From an uncultured delta proteobacterium (GTDB lineage Bacteria; Myxococcota; UBA727; VGSZ01), in assembly GCA_963775425.1 (NCBI GenBank), contig CAVZJB010000011.1, positions 576,001-640,000 on the forward strand: a stretch of 64,000 nucleotides of DNA, in the 5' to 3' direction. Of this stretch, positions 17,928 through 26,226 are shown one piece after another. Numbering within the stretch: position 1 is the first letter of the stretch; each line of letters begins with the position of its first letter. The position numbers and the translations under genes were made by a program. Under the pieces are notes generated by a model, which worked only from the letters and a program-made list of their open reading frames with translations, was not told the origin of the DNA and did no database searches.

Positions 17928-18581
17928 TCAGCGGCGCGGCGCGCAGTCGGCGTCGAGGCGGACGCGGACCTGCGTCCCCTGGATGGTCAGCTCGTAGCCC
18001 GTGTCGTCGTAGTCGACGGCGGCGACGGCGTCGGCGGGGGCGCCGGCCGTACGCGCGAGGTCCCAGAGCTTTGACAGCGGACACCGCGGATCGCCGGCGA
18101 TGTGGCTCGCCGCGCCGGGCGACGGAGAGCCTTCGCTCTTGAGGACGCCGCGCAGGATGACGCCGCCGTGTTGGCTCCCGTTTTGCCAGGTCTCGTGGCC
18201 GCCGGGGCGGCTGACGTCGACGTGGGCGTCGCGGTGCCACTCCCGTGCAATGGAGCCACCGGCGCCGAGCGGCGGTTGATCGGCGGGCGGGCCCTCGGCG
18301 CGCACGAAGCTGTAGTCGACCTTGGGCTCGAAGCGCTCCTCCTTCATGTTCACCGTTCCGTCGAGGCGAACGCCGAACGCCTGGAGCCTTTGCAGCGCGT
18401 AGCCCGCGCCCACCCGGCCGCGCATCGCCGGCGCGCGCGCGACCGGGTCGAAGCGCGTGAGGTCGCCCGGGATGGATTCGCCGCCGCCGCCGCCGAGGGC
18501 GACGACGAGCTTGGCGCACCCGATGGACATCGATACCGACACCGCGGAGAGCAGCAGCAGCGGCGCACGTGCACCACGCAC
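17928..18581 (-). CDS. Hypothetical lipoprotein
   Basis: Hydrophobic N-terminus ending in SIGC; starts 8 nt after the M28 peptidase stop. Confidence 0.6.
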   Translation of the reverse strand: MRGARAPLLLLSAVSVSMSIGCAKLVVALGGGGGESIPGDLTRFDPVARAPAMRGRVGAGYALQRLQAFGVRLDGTVNMKEERFEPKVDYSFVRAEGPPADQPPLGAGGSIAREWHRDAHVDVSRPGGHETWQNGSQHGGVILRGVLKSEGSPSPGAASHIAGDPRCPLSKLWDLARTAGAPADAVAAVDYDDTGYELTIQGTQVRVRLDADCAPRR

Positions 18582-18588
18582 GATGGCC

Positions 18589-20067
18589 CTACCGGTCCTT
18601 GAGGGGCTGCGGGGGGTGGCGCAGGTCCACGCCGCTGTCGGCGACGAAGTACACGAGCGCCGCCCACGCCGCGGTCGACTGCTCGAGGTCCTTGCGGTCG
18701 ACCTTGTCGAGCGTGTCGTCGGCGGAGTGGTGGATGTCGAAGTAGCGAGTGGCGTCCTCGTCGACCTCGATGATCGGGACGCCGGCCTCCTGCAGGCCGT
18801 CGACGTCGGAGCCGCCGAAGCGCGCCGGGTCGCGGGCGACGAAGACGCGCAACGGCGCGAGCACGTCCGCGAGCCCCGTGAGCGCCGGGTCCGCGGCGGC
18901 GTTTTCGGGAAGCGCGACGCGATAGACGGGGCCGGCGCCGAGGTCGCTCTCCGAGGCCATCGCGATGTCGGCGACCTCGCTTTGGTGCGCGTCGGCGTAC
19001 GCGCCGCCGCTGCCGCCGGTCTCCTCGGAGCCGAACAACACCACGCGCACCGTGCGCCGCGGGCGCGCGTGGTTGGGCAGCTCGGCGATGAGCTTGGCGG
19101 CGCCGACGGAGATGGCGATGCCCGCGCCGTCGTCGATGGCGCCCTCGCCGGGATCCCAACTGTCGAGGTGGCCGCCGATGACGACGACGCCGGCCTTGCG
19201 ATCGCGCCCCGGGACCTCGCCGACGATGTTCCACGCCTGCGCCTCCGGCAGCACCGTGGGGGCCATCGACAGCTTCACGCGCACGGGGCCGCGCGCGGCG
19301 AGGCGCGCGAGCAGGTCGGCGTCGGCGACGCCGAGGGCGGCGGAGGGGATGTCGGCGGGGGCGGCGCCCCAACCGGTGGCGCCCGTGTGCGGCGCGCGGC
19401 CGTCGCCGGTGGCGATGGAGCGCGTGAAGTACGCCACCGCGCCGCGCTCCTGCGCCACGCGCGGCCCCACGCCGCGCGCCTTCACCGCGGCGCCGTAGCC
19501 CTCGCCGCTCTGCGTGCGCGTCATCGGCTCGTTGACGAGCGCGATCTTGCCCTTGAGCGAGCCCGGCGGCGCGAGCGTGAGCGCCTCGTAGCTGTTGAAG
19601 ACGACAATCTCGGCCTCGATGCCGCCGGCGGGCGTAGCCGGGCTCTTGCCGAGGCCGATCATCCTGAGCGGCATGGCGTACGGCTTGGTCATCGCCGCGC
19701 TCTCCGGCCCGCGGAGCCACGCGTCCTTCTTCGTGAACGCCTCGACGTGGACGTTCTTGAAGCCGAGCCGCTTGAGCTTGTCGACCGCCCAATCCTTCGC
19801 GCGCGCCATCGCGGGGCTGCCGGTGGGGCGCGCGCCGACCTCAGTGGTCAGCGACGCGAGGACGTCCCACGCGACGGAGTCTCCGGCCAGCGCGCGGTCG
19901 CGGACCTTGGCGGCGTTCGCGGCGCTCGGCGACAGGTGCAGCGCCGGCGTCGTCGTCGACGCGGCGGGCGCCGCCGCGGGCTTGGCGGGCTCGTGCGAGA
20001 CCGCGGTGGGCGCTCCGGCGGCGACGGCGGCGACGGCGGCGGCGAGGGGCAGGGCGAGGTGCAGCAT
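18589..20067 (-). CDS. Secreted M28 family peptidase (carboxypeptidase Q-like, PA domain)
   Basis: Signal peptide; VGARPTGS, GGHLDSWDPGEGAIDDGAG, FGSEETG, ESDLG, YFDIHHSADDTLDKVD. Confidence 0.93.
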   Translation of the reverse strand: MLHLALPLAAAVAAVAAGAPTAVSHEPAKPAAAPAASTTTPALHLSPSAANAAKVRDRALAGDSVAWDVLASLTTEVGARPTGSPAMARAKDWAVDKLKRLGFKNVHVEAFTKKDAWLRGPESAAMTKPYAMPLRMIGLGKSPATPAGGIEAEIVVFNSYEALTLAPPGSLKGKIALVNEPMTRTQSGEGYGAAVKARGVGPRVAQERGAVAYFTRSIATGDGRAPHTGATGWGAAPADIPSAALGVADADLLARLAARGPVRVKLSMAPTVLPEAQAWNIVGEVPGRDRKAGVVVIGGHLDSWDPGEGAIDDGAGIAISVGAAKLIAELPNHARPRRTVRVVLFGSEETGGSGGAYADAHQSEVADIAMASESDLGAGPVYRVALPENAAADPALTGLADVLAPLRVFVARDPARFGGSDVDGLQEAGVPIIEVDEDATRYFDIHHSADDTLDKVDRKDLEQSTAAWAALVYFVADSGVDLRHPPQPLKDR

Positions 20068-20212
20068 GCGGGGGCCATAGCGCGCTCGCGTGGCCGGCGC
20101 GAGACACGGCGGGCGCGGTCGCCGTCGACGACGGCGGCGCGCCGCGGGCGCACCTCGATCACCCGTTGACGCCGGGGCGGGCCTCACGAAAGACGCGGCC
20201 GGAGGTGCGCCG

Positions 20213-20995
20213 ATGAAGGATCGCTACACGCTGTACTACTGGCCGGGCATCCCGGGGCGCGGGGAATTCGTGCGGCTCGCGTTCGAAGACGCCGGCGCCG
20301 CCTACGACGACGTCGGCCGGCGCTCCGCCAAGGAGGGCGGCGGCGTGCCGGCGCTCATGCGAGCCCTCGAGCCCGCCGGCGCGGCGCTGACGCCGTTCGC
20401 GCTGCCGGTGCTCCACCACGGCGACGTCGTCGTGGCGCAGACCGCCGCCATCCTCATGTACGTGGCGCCGCGCATCGGGGTGGTGCCCGTCGACGAGGCG
20501 AGCCGGCTGCGCGCGCACCAAATCCAGCTCACCATCGCGGACCTCTGCGCCGAGATCCACGACGCGCACCACCCGATCGCGTCGAGCCTGTACTACGAGG
20601 ACCAAAAGCGCGAAGCGGCGCGGCGCACGCCGTTGCTCCTCACGGAGCGCCTGCCGAAGTACTTCCGCTATCTCAGCGGCGCGCTCGAGGGCCGGCCGTG
20701 GCTCCTCGGCGACGCCTGTAGCTACGTCGACCTCTCCGTGTTCCACGTCGTCGCCGGGCTGCGCTTCGCGTTCCCGCGCGCCTTGCCCGAGCTCGAGGCC
20801 GCGCACCCGCGCCTGGCCGCGCTGCACGACGACGTCGCGGCCCGCCCGCGGATCGCGGCGTACCTCGCGTCGCCGCGGCGCGTCGCCTTCAATGAGCACG
20901 GCTTGTTCCGGCACTACCCCGCGCTCGACGCCGGTGCCCGTCCGCCCCGCCCCGCGCCCCGCAAGAAGACGGCCGCCGGGAGGAGGCGGCGTTGA
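20213..20995 (+). CDS. Glutathione S-transferase family protein
   Basis: LYYWPGIPGRGEFVRLA, PFALPVL, QTAAILMY, SYVDLSVF; GGAGG RBS. Confidence 0.92.
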   Translation: MKDRYTLYYWPGIPGRGEFVRLAFEDAGAAYDDVGRRSAKEGGGVPALMRALEPAGAALTPFALPVLHHGDVVVAQTAAILMYVAPRIGVVPVDEASRLRAHQIQLTIADLCAEIHDAHHPIASSLYYEDQKREAARRTPLLLTERLPKYFRYLSGALEGRPWLLGDACSYVDLSVFHVVAGLRFAFPRALPELEAAHPRLAALHDDVAARPRIAAYLASPRRVAFNEHGLFRHYPALDAGARPPRPAPRKKTAAGRRRR

Positions 20996-21030
20996 CTCGC
21001 TAGTCAATCCCGGATTGACACGATAATCAA
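20992..21030. promoter_or_regulatory. Tandem palindromic operator TTGAC-N6-RTCAA x2
   Basis: TTGACTCGCTAGTCAA (20992-21007) and TTGACACGATAATCAA (21015-21030), 23 bp apart, AT-rich, ending 5 nt before the ATG at 21036. Confidence 0.65.
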
Positions 21031-21035
21031 CCGGG

Positions 21036-23264
21036 ATGCCACGCGTGCTCACCCCCCCCTTCTTCGCGCGCGCCCTCCGAGGGGGCGTCGCGCTCTGCGC
21101 GCTCGCCGTCGCCGCCTGCGAGCCGATCACCGCCACCGCGCTCTTCCCGGCTCCCGGCGACGCGCCCACCTACGGCAAGGGACCGTTCCCCAGCGACATC
21201 TTCCTCGACGACGCCGGCCGCATCGGCCCCATCGAGGACCTCTCCCTCGTCGGGCCGCTCGAGCACGAGGCCTTGCAGGCGCAGCTCTCGCTCCTCGACG
21301 GCTTCGGCACGCGTCCCGTCGTGGAGCTCTTCTTCGACGCGCCCGTCGACGCCGGCACGGTCCCCGCACACACCGCCGCGGACACCGACGCGCTCTTCGT
21401 CATGAACGTCGACCCCGCGTCGCCGGCGGTCGGCCGCGTGACGCCCATGGACTGGCGTGTGCGCGACGGCGCCCGCGCCATCGCCGGCGCCGTGCCGCGC
21501 GGCGTGGTCCTCGAGACCGGCACGCGCTATGCCGCGTTCCTCACCACGCAGGTGCGCGGCGTCGACGGGCGCCTCGGCGGCAGCGCCGGCTTCGATCTCC
21601 TGAGGAGCGCCGCCCCGGAGGCGCTGCCGGACAACCTCAAGAGCACGCGCGCGGCGCTCGACTTCCTCGGCAGGAGCGATGTCGTCGCCGTCGCGGCCTT
21701 CACCACGGCGCACGCGCGGCGCGGGCTCCTGCGCGCGCGCGCCGAGATCCAGGCGCTGCCGGCTCCCACCGTCACTTTCGACGACGCGAGCGTCATCTTC
21801 GCCGGCCCCGAGCGCCTGCGCGCGCTCCTCGGCGTGCCCGTGCGCGACGACGACGGCGAAGCCCGCCTGGGTTGGAGCTGGCCGAGCGGGCTCGCGCACG
21901 ATCACGTCGCCGCCGTCGGCACCGGCACGCTGCACGGCGTGACGTTCCGGCGCGAGGAGAAGGACGGCGACGCGGGCAAGCTCCCCGACAGCGGCACCTG
22001 GGCGGTTGACGACGACGGCGCGCCCGTCGTGGACCGCGCGGCGACCTTCCCCATCACCTTCGCGGTGCCCGTGGGCGCGATGCCGGCGAGCGGTTGGCCG
22101 GTCGCGTTCTTCGGCCACGGCCTCGGCGGGAGCCGCGCGCAGATGCTCGCGTTCATCGACACGCTCGCGCGCGAAGGCTTCGTCACCGTGGCCATCGACG
22201 CCGACGGCCACGGCAGCCGCCACACCGACGTCGACGAGCACAACAACGCCGGCGCCCGCCTCGGCGACGCCTTCCTCGGCGTGCAGGACATGAAGGACGG
22301 CTTCGGCGACGTCGAAGGCACGGGCACGGCGCTCGACGTGTTTCACGGGTTCGTGAACCTCTCCGCCATGCGCGACCAGATGCGCGAGAGCGTCATCGAC
22401 CTCTCGCAGGTGGTGCGGCTCCTCGAGAGCGACCCCGACCTGTCGGCGCTCGTGCCCGGGACGCGCGTGGACGGCTCGCGCATCGCGTACCTGGGCGAGA
22501 GCTTCGGCGGCGTGCTCGGCGCCTTGTTCTGCGCGGAGGAGCCCGACGTGCACATGTTCTACCTCGACGTCCCCGGCGGCGGCGTCCTCGAGTACGCGGG
22601 GCCGAACTCGCCGGTGCTGTCGGCGTTCTACAAGCTGTTCATCCCGTCGGCGTGGGGCGTCGACAGGCCCCTCGACCGCTTCGATTCGCTCATCGGCCTC
22701 GGCGCCGCGATCTTCGACGGCGCGGACCCGCTCACCTACGCGCCCCACGTGCTGCGCGACCGCCCGCGCGTGGGCGAAACGCCCCTCGGCCCGCGCAGCG
22801 TCGTGCTCGGCGAGGTGGTGGGAGACGAAGTCCTCCCGAACAGCGCCACCAACGCGCTCGCCCGCGCGCTCGGCATCCCGCTGCTCGCGCCGGCGTTCGG
22901 CGCGCTGCCGGGCATCCCCGTCGAGGCGGGTCCGCTCGCGGGCAACGTCGACGGACAGACGGCGGCGCTCGTGCAGTTTGCGCCGGCCAACCACGGCGAC
23001 AACTGGAGCAAGGAGGCGGGCGCGCGCAAGTACGCCCCCTTCGGCGAGGACGACCTCGACTTCCAGCTCCTGCCGGCCACCATCCCGGTGGCGAACCCGG
23101 TGCGCGCCATCCACGAGCAGGTCCGCGGCATGCTCGCCGGCGTGCGCGACGAGGAGACCCCGGTGCTCGTGAGCACGGTGCGGCCGCGCCACGACTTCGA
23201 CGACGACGGCGTGAGCGACGAGGACGAGCTGTTGGCGGGCACGGACCCGCTCAGCCCGCAGTAG
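21036..23264 (+). CDS. Lipoprotein alpha/beta hydrolase (extracellular lipase/esterase-like) with Ig-like N-domain and C-terminal Ca-binding motif
   Basis: Lipobox VAAC; PFPSD..LDGFGT; WPVAFFGHGLGGSR; YLGESFGG nucleophile elbow; DEVLPN; NHG; DFDDDGVSDEDELLAGTDP. Confidence 0.82.
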   Translation: MPRVLTPPFFARALRGGVALCALAVAACEPITATALFPAPGDAPTYGKGPFPSDIFLDDAGRIGPIEDLSLVGPLEHEALQAQLSLLDGFGTRPVVELFFDAPVDAGTVPAHTAADTDALFVMNVDPASPAVGRVTPMDWRVRDGARAIAGAVPRGVVLETGTRYAAFLTTQVRGVDGRLGGSAGFDLLRSAAPEALPDNLKSTRAALDFLGRSDVVAVAAFTTAHARRGLLRARAEIQALPAPTVTFDDASVIFAGPERLRALLGVPVRDDDGEARLGWSWPSGLAHDHVAAVGTGTLHGVTFRREEKDGDAGKLPDSGTWAVDDDGAPVVDRAATFPITFAVPVGAMPASGWPVAFFGHGLGGSRAQMLAFIDTLAREGFVTVAIDADGHGSRHTDVDEHNNAGARLGDAFLGVQDMKDGFGDVEGTGTALDVFHGFVNLSAMRDQMRESVIDLSQVVRLLESDPDLSALVPGTRVDGSRIAYLGESFGGVLGALFCAEEPDVHMFYLDVPGGGVLEYAGPNSPVLSAFYKLFIPSAWGVDRPLDRFDSLIGLGAAIFDGADPLTYAPHVLRDRPRVGETPLGPRSVVLGEVVGDEVLPNSATNALARALGIPLLAPAFGALPGIPVEAGPLAGNVDGQTAALVQFAPANHGDNWSKEAGARKYAPFGEDDLDFQLLPATIPVANPVRAIHEQVRGMLAGVRDEETPVLVSTVRPRHDFDDDGVSDEDELLAGTDPLSPQ

Positions 23265-23331
23265 GCGCCGGACGATGCCACGGAGCGCGCGAGCCACGAC
23301 GGCGCGGAGGGGGGCGGGGTATCGTGGGCAG

Positions 23332-24786
23332 ATGAAATTCGGGCGCTACGAGCTGCTCGAGCGGCTGGGCGAAGGCGGCATGGGTGTCGTCAGCCTCGCG
23401 TGCGAGCGCGCCGCGCCCGGCGGCGACCGCTTCGTCGCGCTCAAGATCGTGCACCCCGATCGCTCGTCCAACCCGCGCTTCATCGATCTGCTCGAGCACG
23501 AGGCGTCCATCATCGCGCGGCTCTCGCACCCGAACGTCGTGCGCATCCACCGGCTCGGCGAGATCGACGGCCGCTACTTCATCGCGATGGAGATGGTGAA
23601 CGGCGCCACGCTGCGGGAGCTGCTCGAGGCGGCGGGCGGCCGGCCGTTGCCGGTGGGCGCGTGCGTCGCGGCGGTGGTGCAGGTGTGTTACGGGGCGCAC
23701 GCGGCGCACGAGCTCCGCGACGACAACGGCAAGCCTCTTCACCTCGTGCATCGGGACATCACGCCGCACAACGTGATGGTCGACGAAAACGGCGCAGTGA
23801 AGCTGCTCGACTTCGGCGTCGCCGCCGACGACTCGTTCGACGACCCCACCGGCGTCGTGATGGGAAAGCCTGCGTATCTCTCGCCGGAGCAGGCCAACGG
23901 CTCCGCCGTCGACAGACGCAGCGACGTCTTCGCCATCGGCGCCTTGCTGTGGGAGCTGTTCGCGGGGCGCCGCCGCATCCTCTCCGATCGCCCGCGCGCC
24001 GCCATCGCCGCCATCGCCGGCGGCGCTTCGCCGGACATCCTCGACGTGCGAGAGGACCTCGCGCCCATCTTCGTCGACGCCCTCAAGCGGGCGCTCGCGT
24101 TCCACGCCGACGACCGCTTCGAGTCGGCGTGGGAGCTGGCCAAGGCGCTCGAGCACGGGGCGCGGTTGACGTCGACGGACATCACGGCGTCGGTGCTGGC
24201 GGAGACCATGCGCACGTTCGCCGGAGCGCGGCTCGCGGCGCGGGCGCAGCGGACGCTGCGCGCCATCGAGCGCACGCTGATGACGCCACCGTCGTCGGGT
24301 GCGGGCGGTGGTGACGACGAGACCGTGCTCGATCCCGCGCCGCCGCCGCCGCGGCCGCGGCCGGGGGCGGCGGTGGTGCCGCTCGACTTCAACCTCCCGG
24401 CCGTGGCGCGGGGCGACAACTACGAGCTGTCGGCGGACCCGCACATCGCGGTGTGCCGCGTGTGGGCGCGGCCCGACAAGAGCCGCGACGACGGCGCCCG
24501 CAGCGCGCAAGAGCTGGTGGAGCGCGTGGAGGCGCTGTTGAAGACCGAGTCGCGCCGCGGCTTCGTGCTCGACGTGCGCGAGGCGCGCATGGTCCTCGGG
24601 GCCAAGACCTTCGACGTCCTCGAGCGCATGTTCGCCGCGGCCGAGCAGCGCGGGGTGCGCATCGCCGCGCTCGTGTCGGCGGACCCGCTGCAGCGGCTCG
24701 ACTACAGCGAGCTGGTGGCCCGGTCGGCGCCGCGCTGCGGCCGCGTCGTCGCAGACGTCGACGAGGCCCGCCGCTTCGTGCGCTGA
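23332..24786 (+). CDS. Hanks-type Ser/Thr protein kinase with C-terminal STAS/SpoIIAA-like domain
   Basis: LGEGGMGVV, VALK, HPNVV, HRDITPHN, DFG, YLSPEQ, SDVFAIG; C-terminal FVLDVREAR..RIAALVS; no TM segment. Confidence 0.9.
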   Translation: MKFGRYELLERLGEGGMGVVSLACERAAPGGDRFVALKIVHPDRSSNPRFIDLLEHEASIIARLSHPNVVRIHRLGEIDGRYFIAMEMVNGATLRELLEAAGGRPLPVGACVAAVVQVCYGAHAAHELRDDNGKPLHLVHRDITPHNVMVDENGAVKLLDFGVAADDSFDDPTGVVMGKPAYLSPEQANGSAVDRRSDVFAIGALLWELFAGRRRILSDRPRAAIAAIAGGASPDILDVREDLAPIFVDALKRALAFHADDRFESAWELAKALEHGARLTSTDITASVLAETMRTFAGARLAARAQRTLRAIERTLMTPPSSGAGGGDDETVLDPAPPPPRPRPGAAVVPLDFNLPAVARGDNYELSADPHIAVCRVWARPDKSRDDGARSAQELVERVEALLKTESRRGFVLDVREARMVLGAKTFDVLERMFAAAEQRGVRIAALVSADPLQRLDYSELVARSAPRCGRVVADVDEARRFVR

Positions 24787-24948
24787 CGGCGCGTGATCAC
24801 GGTCACGGGGTCCTCCCGATGACGTCCTCCGGTTGACGGATAGCGCAGGTCGAGGTGCGCGAGTTGCGCAAGCCCGTGCGCGACCGCCGCCGACGCCGCG
24901 GCCGGACGCGCCGCTTTCGCCGGCACGCGCGCTGCAGATGGGCCGGCC

Positions 24949-25386
24949 ATGGCACACGACGGCAGCTTCTCCGCCCCCATCGCCCTGGTCATCGACGACG
25001 ACCCGAGGTCGCAGCGGCGCACCCTGCGCACCCTCCACGAGCTCGGGCTCGCGCCGTTCGCCTTCGGCTCCGCGGAGGACGCGCTCGCGTGGATGGACGC
25101 GCACGGCGCGCCGGCGCTGGTGGTCACCGACGTCACGCTGCCGCGGATGTCCGGCTTCGCGCTGTGCGACGCGATGCGCTCGGCCGCGTCTACGCGCGCG
25201 GTGCCCGTGGCGGTCGTCTCCGGCCGCCGCGGCATGGAGCTCGAGGACCACGCCCGCGCGCTCGAGCTCGACGTCGAGCTGCTCGCGTCGGCCAAGGAGG
25301 TCGAGCGCTTCGCCCGCGACGCCCTCGACATCGCGCCCGCCGAGGCGCCCGCGCCGCTGTGGGCGCGCGTCTTCGCGTTCGCTTGA
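24949..25386 (+). CDS. Single-domain response regulator receiver (atypical C-terminus)
   Basis: LVIDDD, VVTDVTLPRMSGFALC, VAVVSG; no canonical KP motif. Confidence 0.8.
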   Translation: MAHDGSFSAPIALVIDDDPRSQRRTLRTLHELGLAPFAFGSAEDALAWMDAHGAPALVVTDVTLPRMSGFALCDAMRSAASTRAVPVAVVSGRRGMELEDHARALELDVELLASAKEVERFARDALDIAPAEAPAPLWARVFAFA

Positions 25387-25395
25387 TGCCCGGCG

Positions 25396-26226
25396 TCAGG
25401 CCGGCGCGGTGTTGGCGACGCCGCGGTGCAGGACCGCGGGCGGCAGGATGTTCTGCGTGCGGAAGGCCTCGAGGACGCGGAAGTGCACGTCGGTCTCGAA
25501 GGGCTTTTCGTACTTGCAGTCGAACACGTACGGGCGCGCCTTGAGCTCGACGGCGACGTAGTCCTGCAGGATGAGCTGCTTGGCGAGGACGGGGACGTCG
25601 CGCGCGAGGAAGACGTAGGGGCTCGTCAGGCACGCCTCGCGCACGATGTCGGCGGCGCGCTGCAGGTCCTGATCGACGCCGACGTAGAAGATCATCGGCA
25701 CCTGCATCTCCAACGCACCGTAATTGCCGCACGCGGTGACGTCGGTGAGCACCTTGTTGTTGGGGATGGTGACGATGTTGTGGTCGAGCGTGTTCATGCG
25801 AACGCTGCGCAGGCCGATCTTGATGATGTCGCCGTACTGCCCGGCGTACTCCACGCGGTCGCCGACCTGGAAGGGGCGGTCGAACATGATGGTGATACCG
25901 GCGATGAACGCGGCGACAAGGTCGCGCATGGCGAAGCCGACGGCGAACGCGAGCGCGCCGCCGATGACGGTGATCGCCGTCTTGTCCAGGCGGATGGACA
26001 GCGAGATGGTGAGCACGATGGCCACCACGTAGATCGCGAAGCGCAACACGCTGACGACCAGCAGGATGGTCGGCCGGCGATCGGTGAAGCGCGCGCTCAG
26101 CCGGTCGCTCGCGTTCTCGATGAGGCGAATGGCGACGATGGACGCGACGATGACGGGGACCGAGACCAACACCCCGCCCCAGCGGATGAGCTCGGCGATG
26201 GCTCCGATGTCGGGCGTCTCGTTCAT
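25396..26226 (-). CDS. Small-conductance mechanosensitive channel (MscS family)
   Basis: Three TM helices, GFAMRDLVAAFIAGITIMFDRPFQVGDRV, IGLRSV, VTIPN; ATG overlaps the upstream stop (ATGA) and has an AGGAG-free coupled start. Confidence 0.92.
   Translation of the reverse strand: MNETPDIGAIAELIRWGGVLVSVPVIVASIVAIRLIENASDRLSARFTDRRPTILLVVSVLRFAIYVVAIVLTISLSIRLDKTAITVIGGALAFAVGFAMRDLVAAFIAGITIMFDRPFQVGDRVEYAGQYGDIIKIGLRSVRMNTLDHNIVTIPNNKVLTDVTACGNYGALEMQVPMIFYVGVDQDLQRAADIVREACLTSPYVFLARDVPVLAKQLILQDYVAVELKARPYVFDCKYEKPFETDVHFRVLEAFRTQNILPPAVLHRGVANTAPA

Noticed and set aside
20992-21030. FNR box
   Set aside because: The half-sites resemble FNR but the spacer is 6 nt rather than 4. Kept as an unknown operator.
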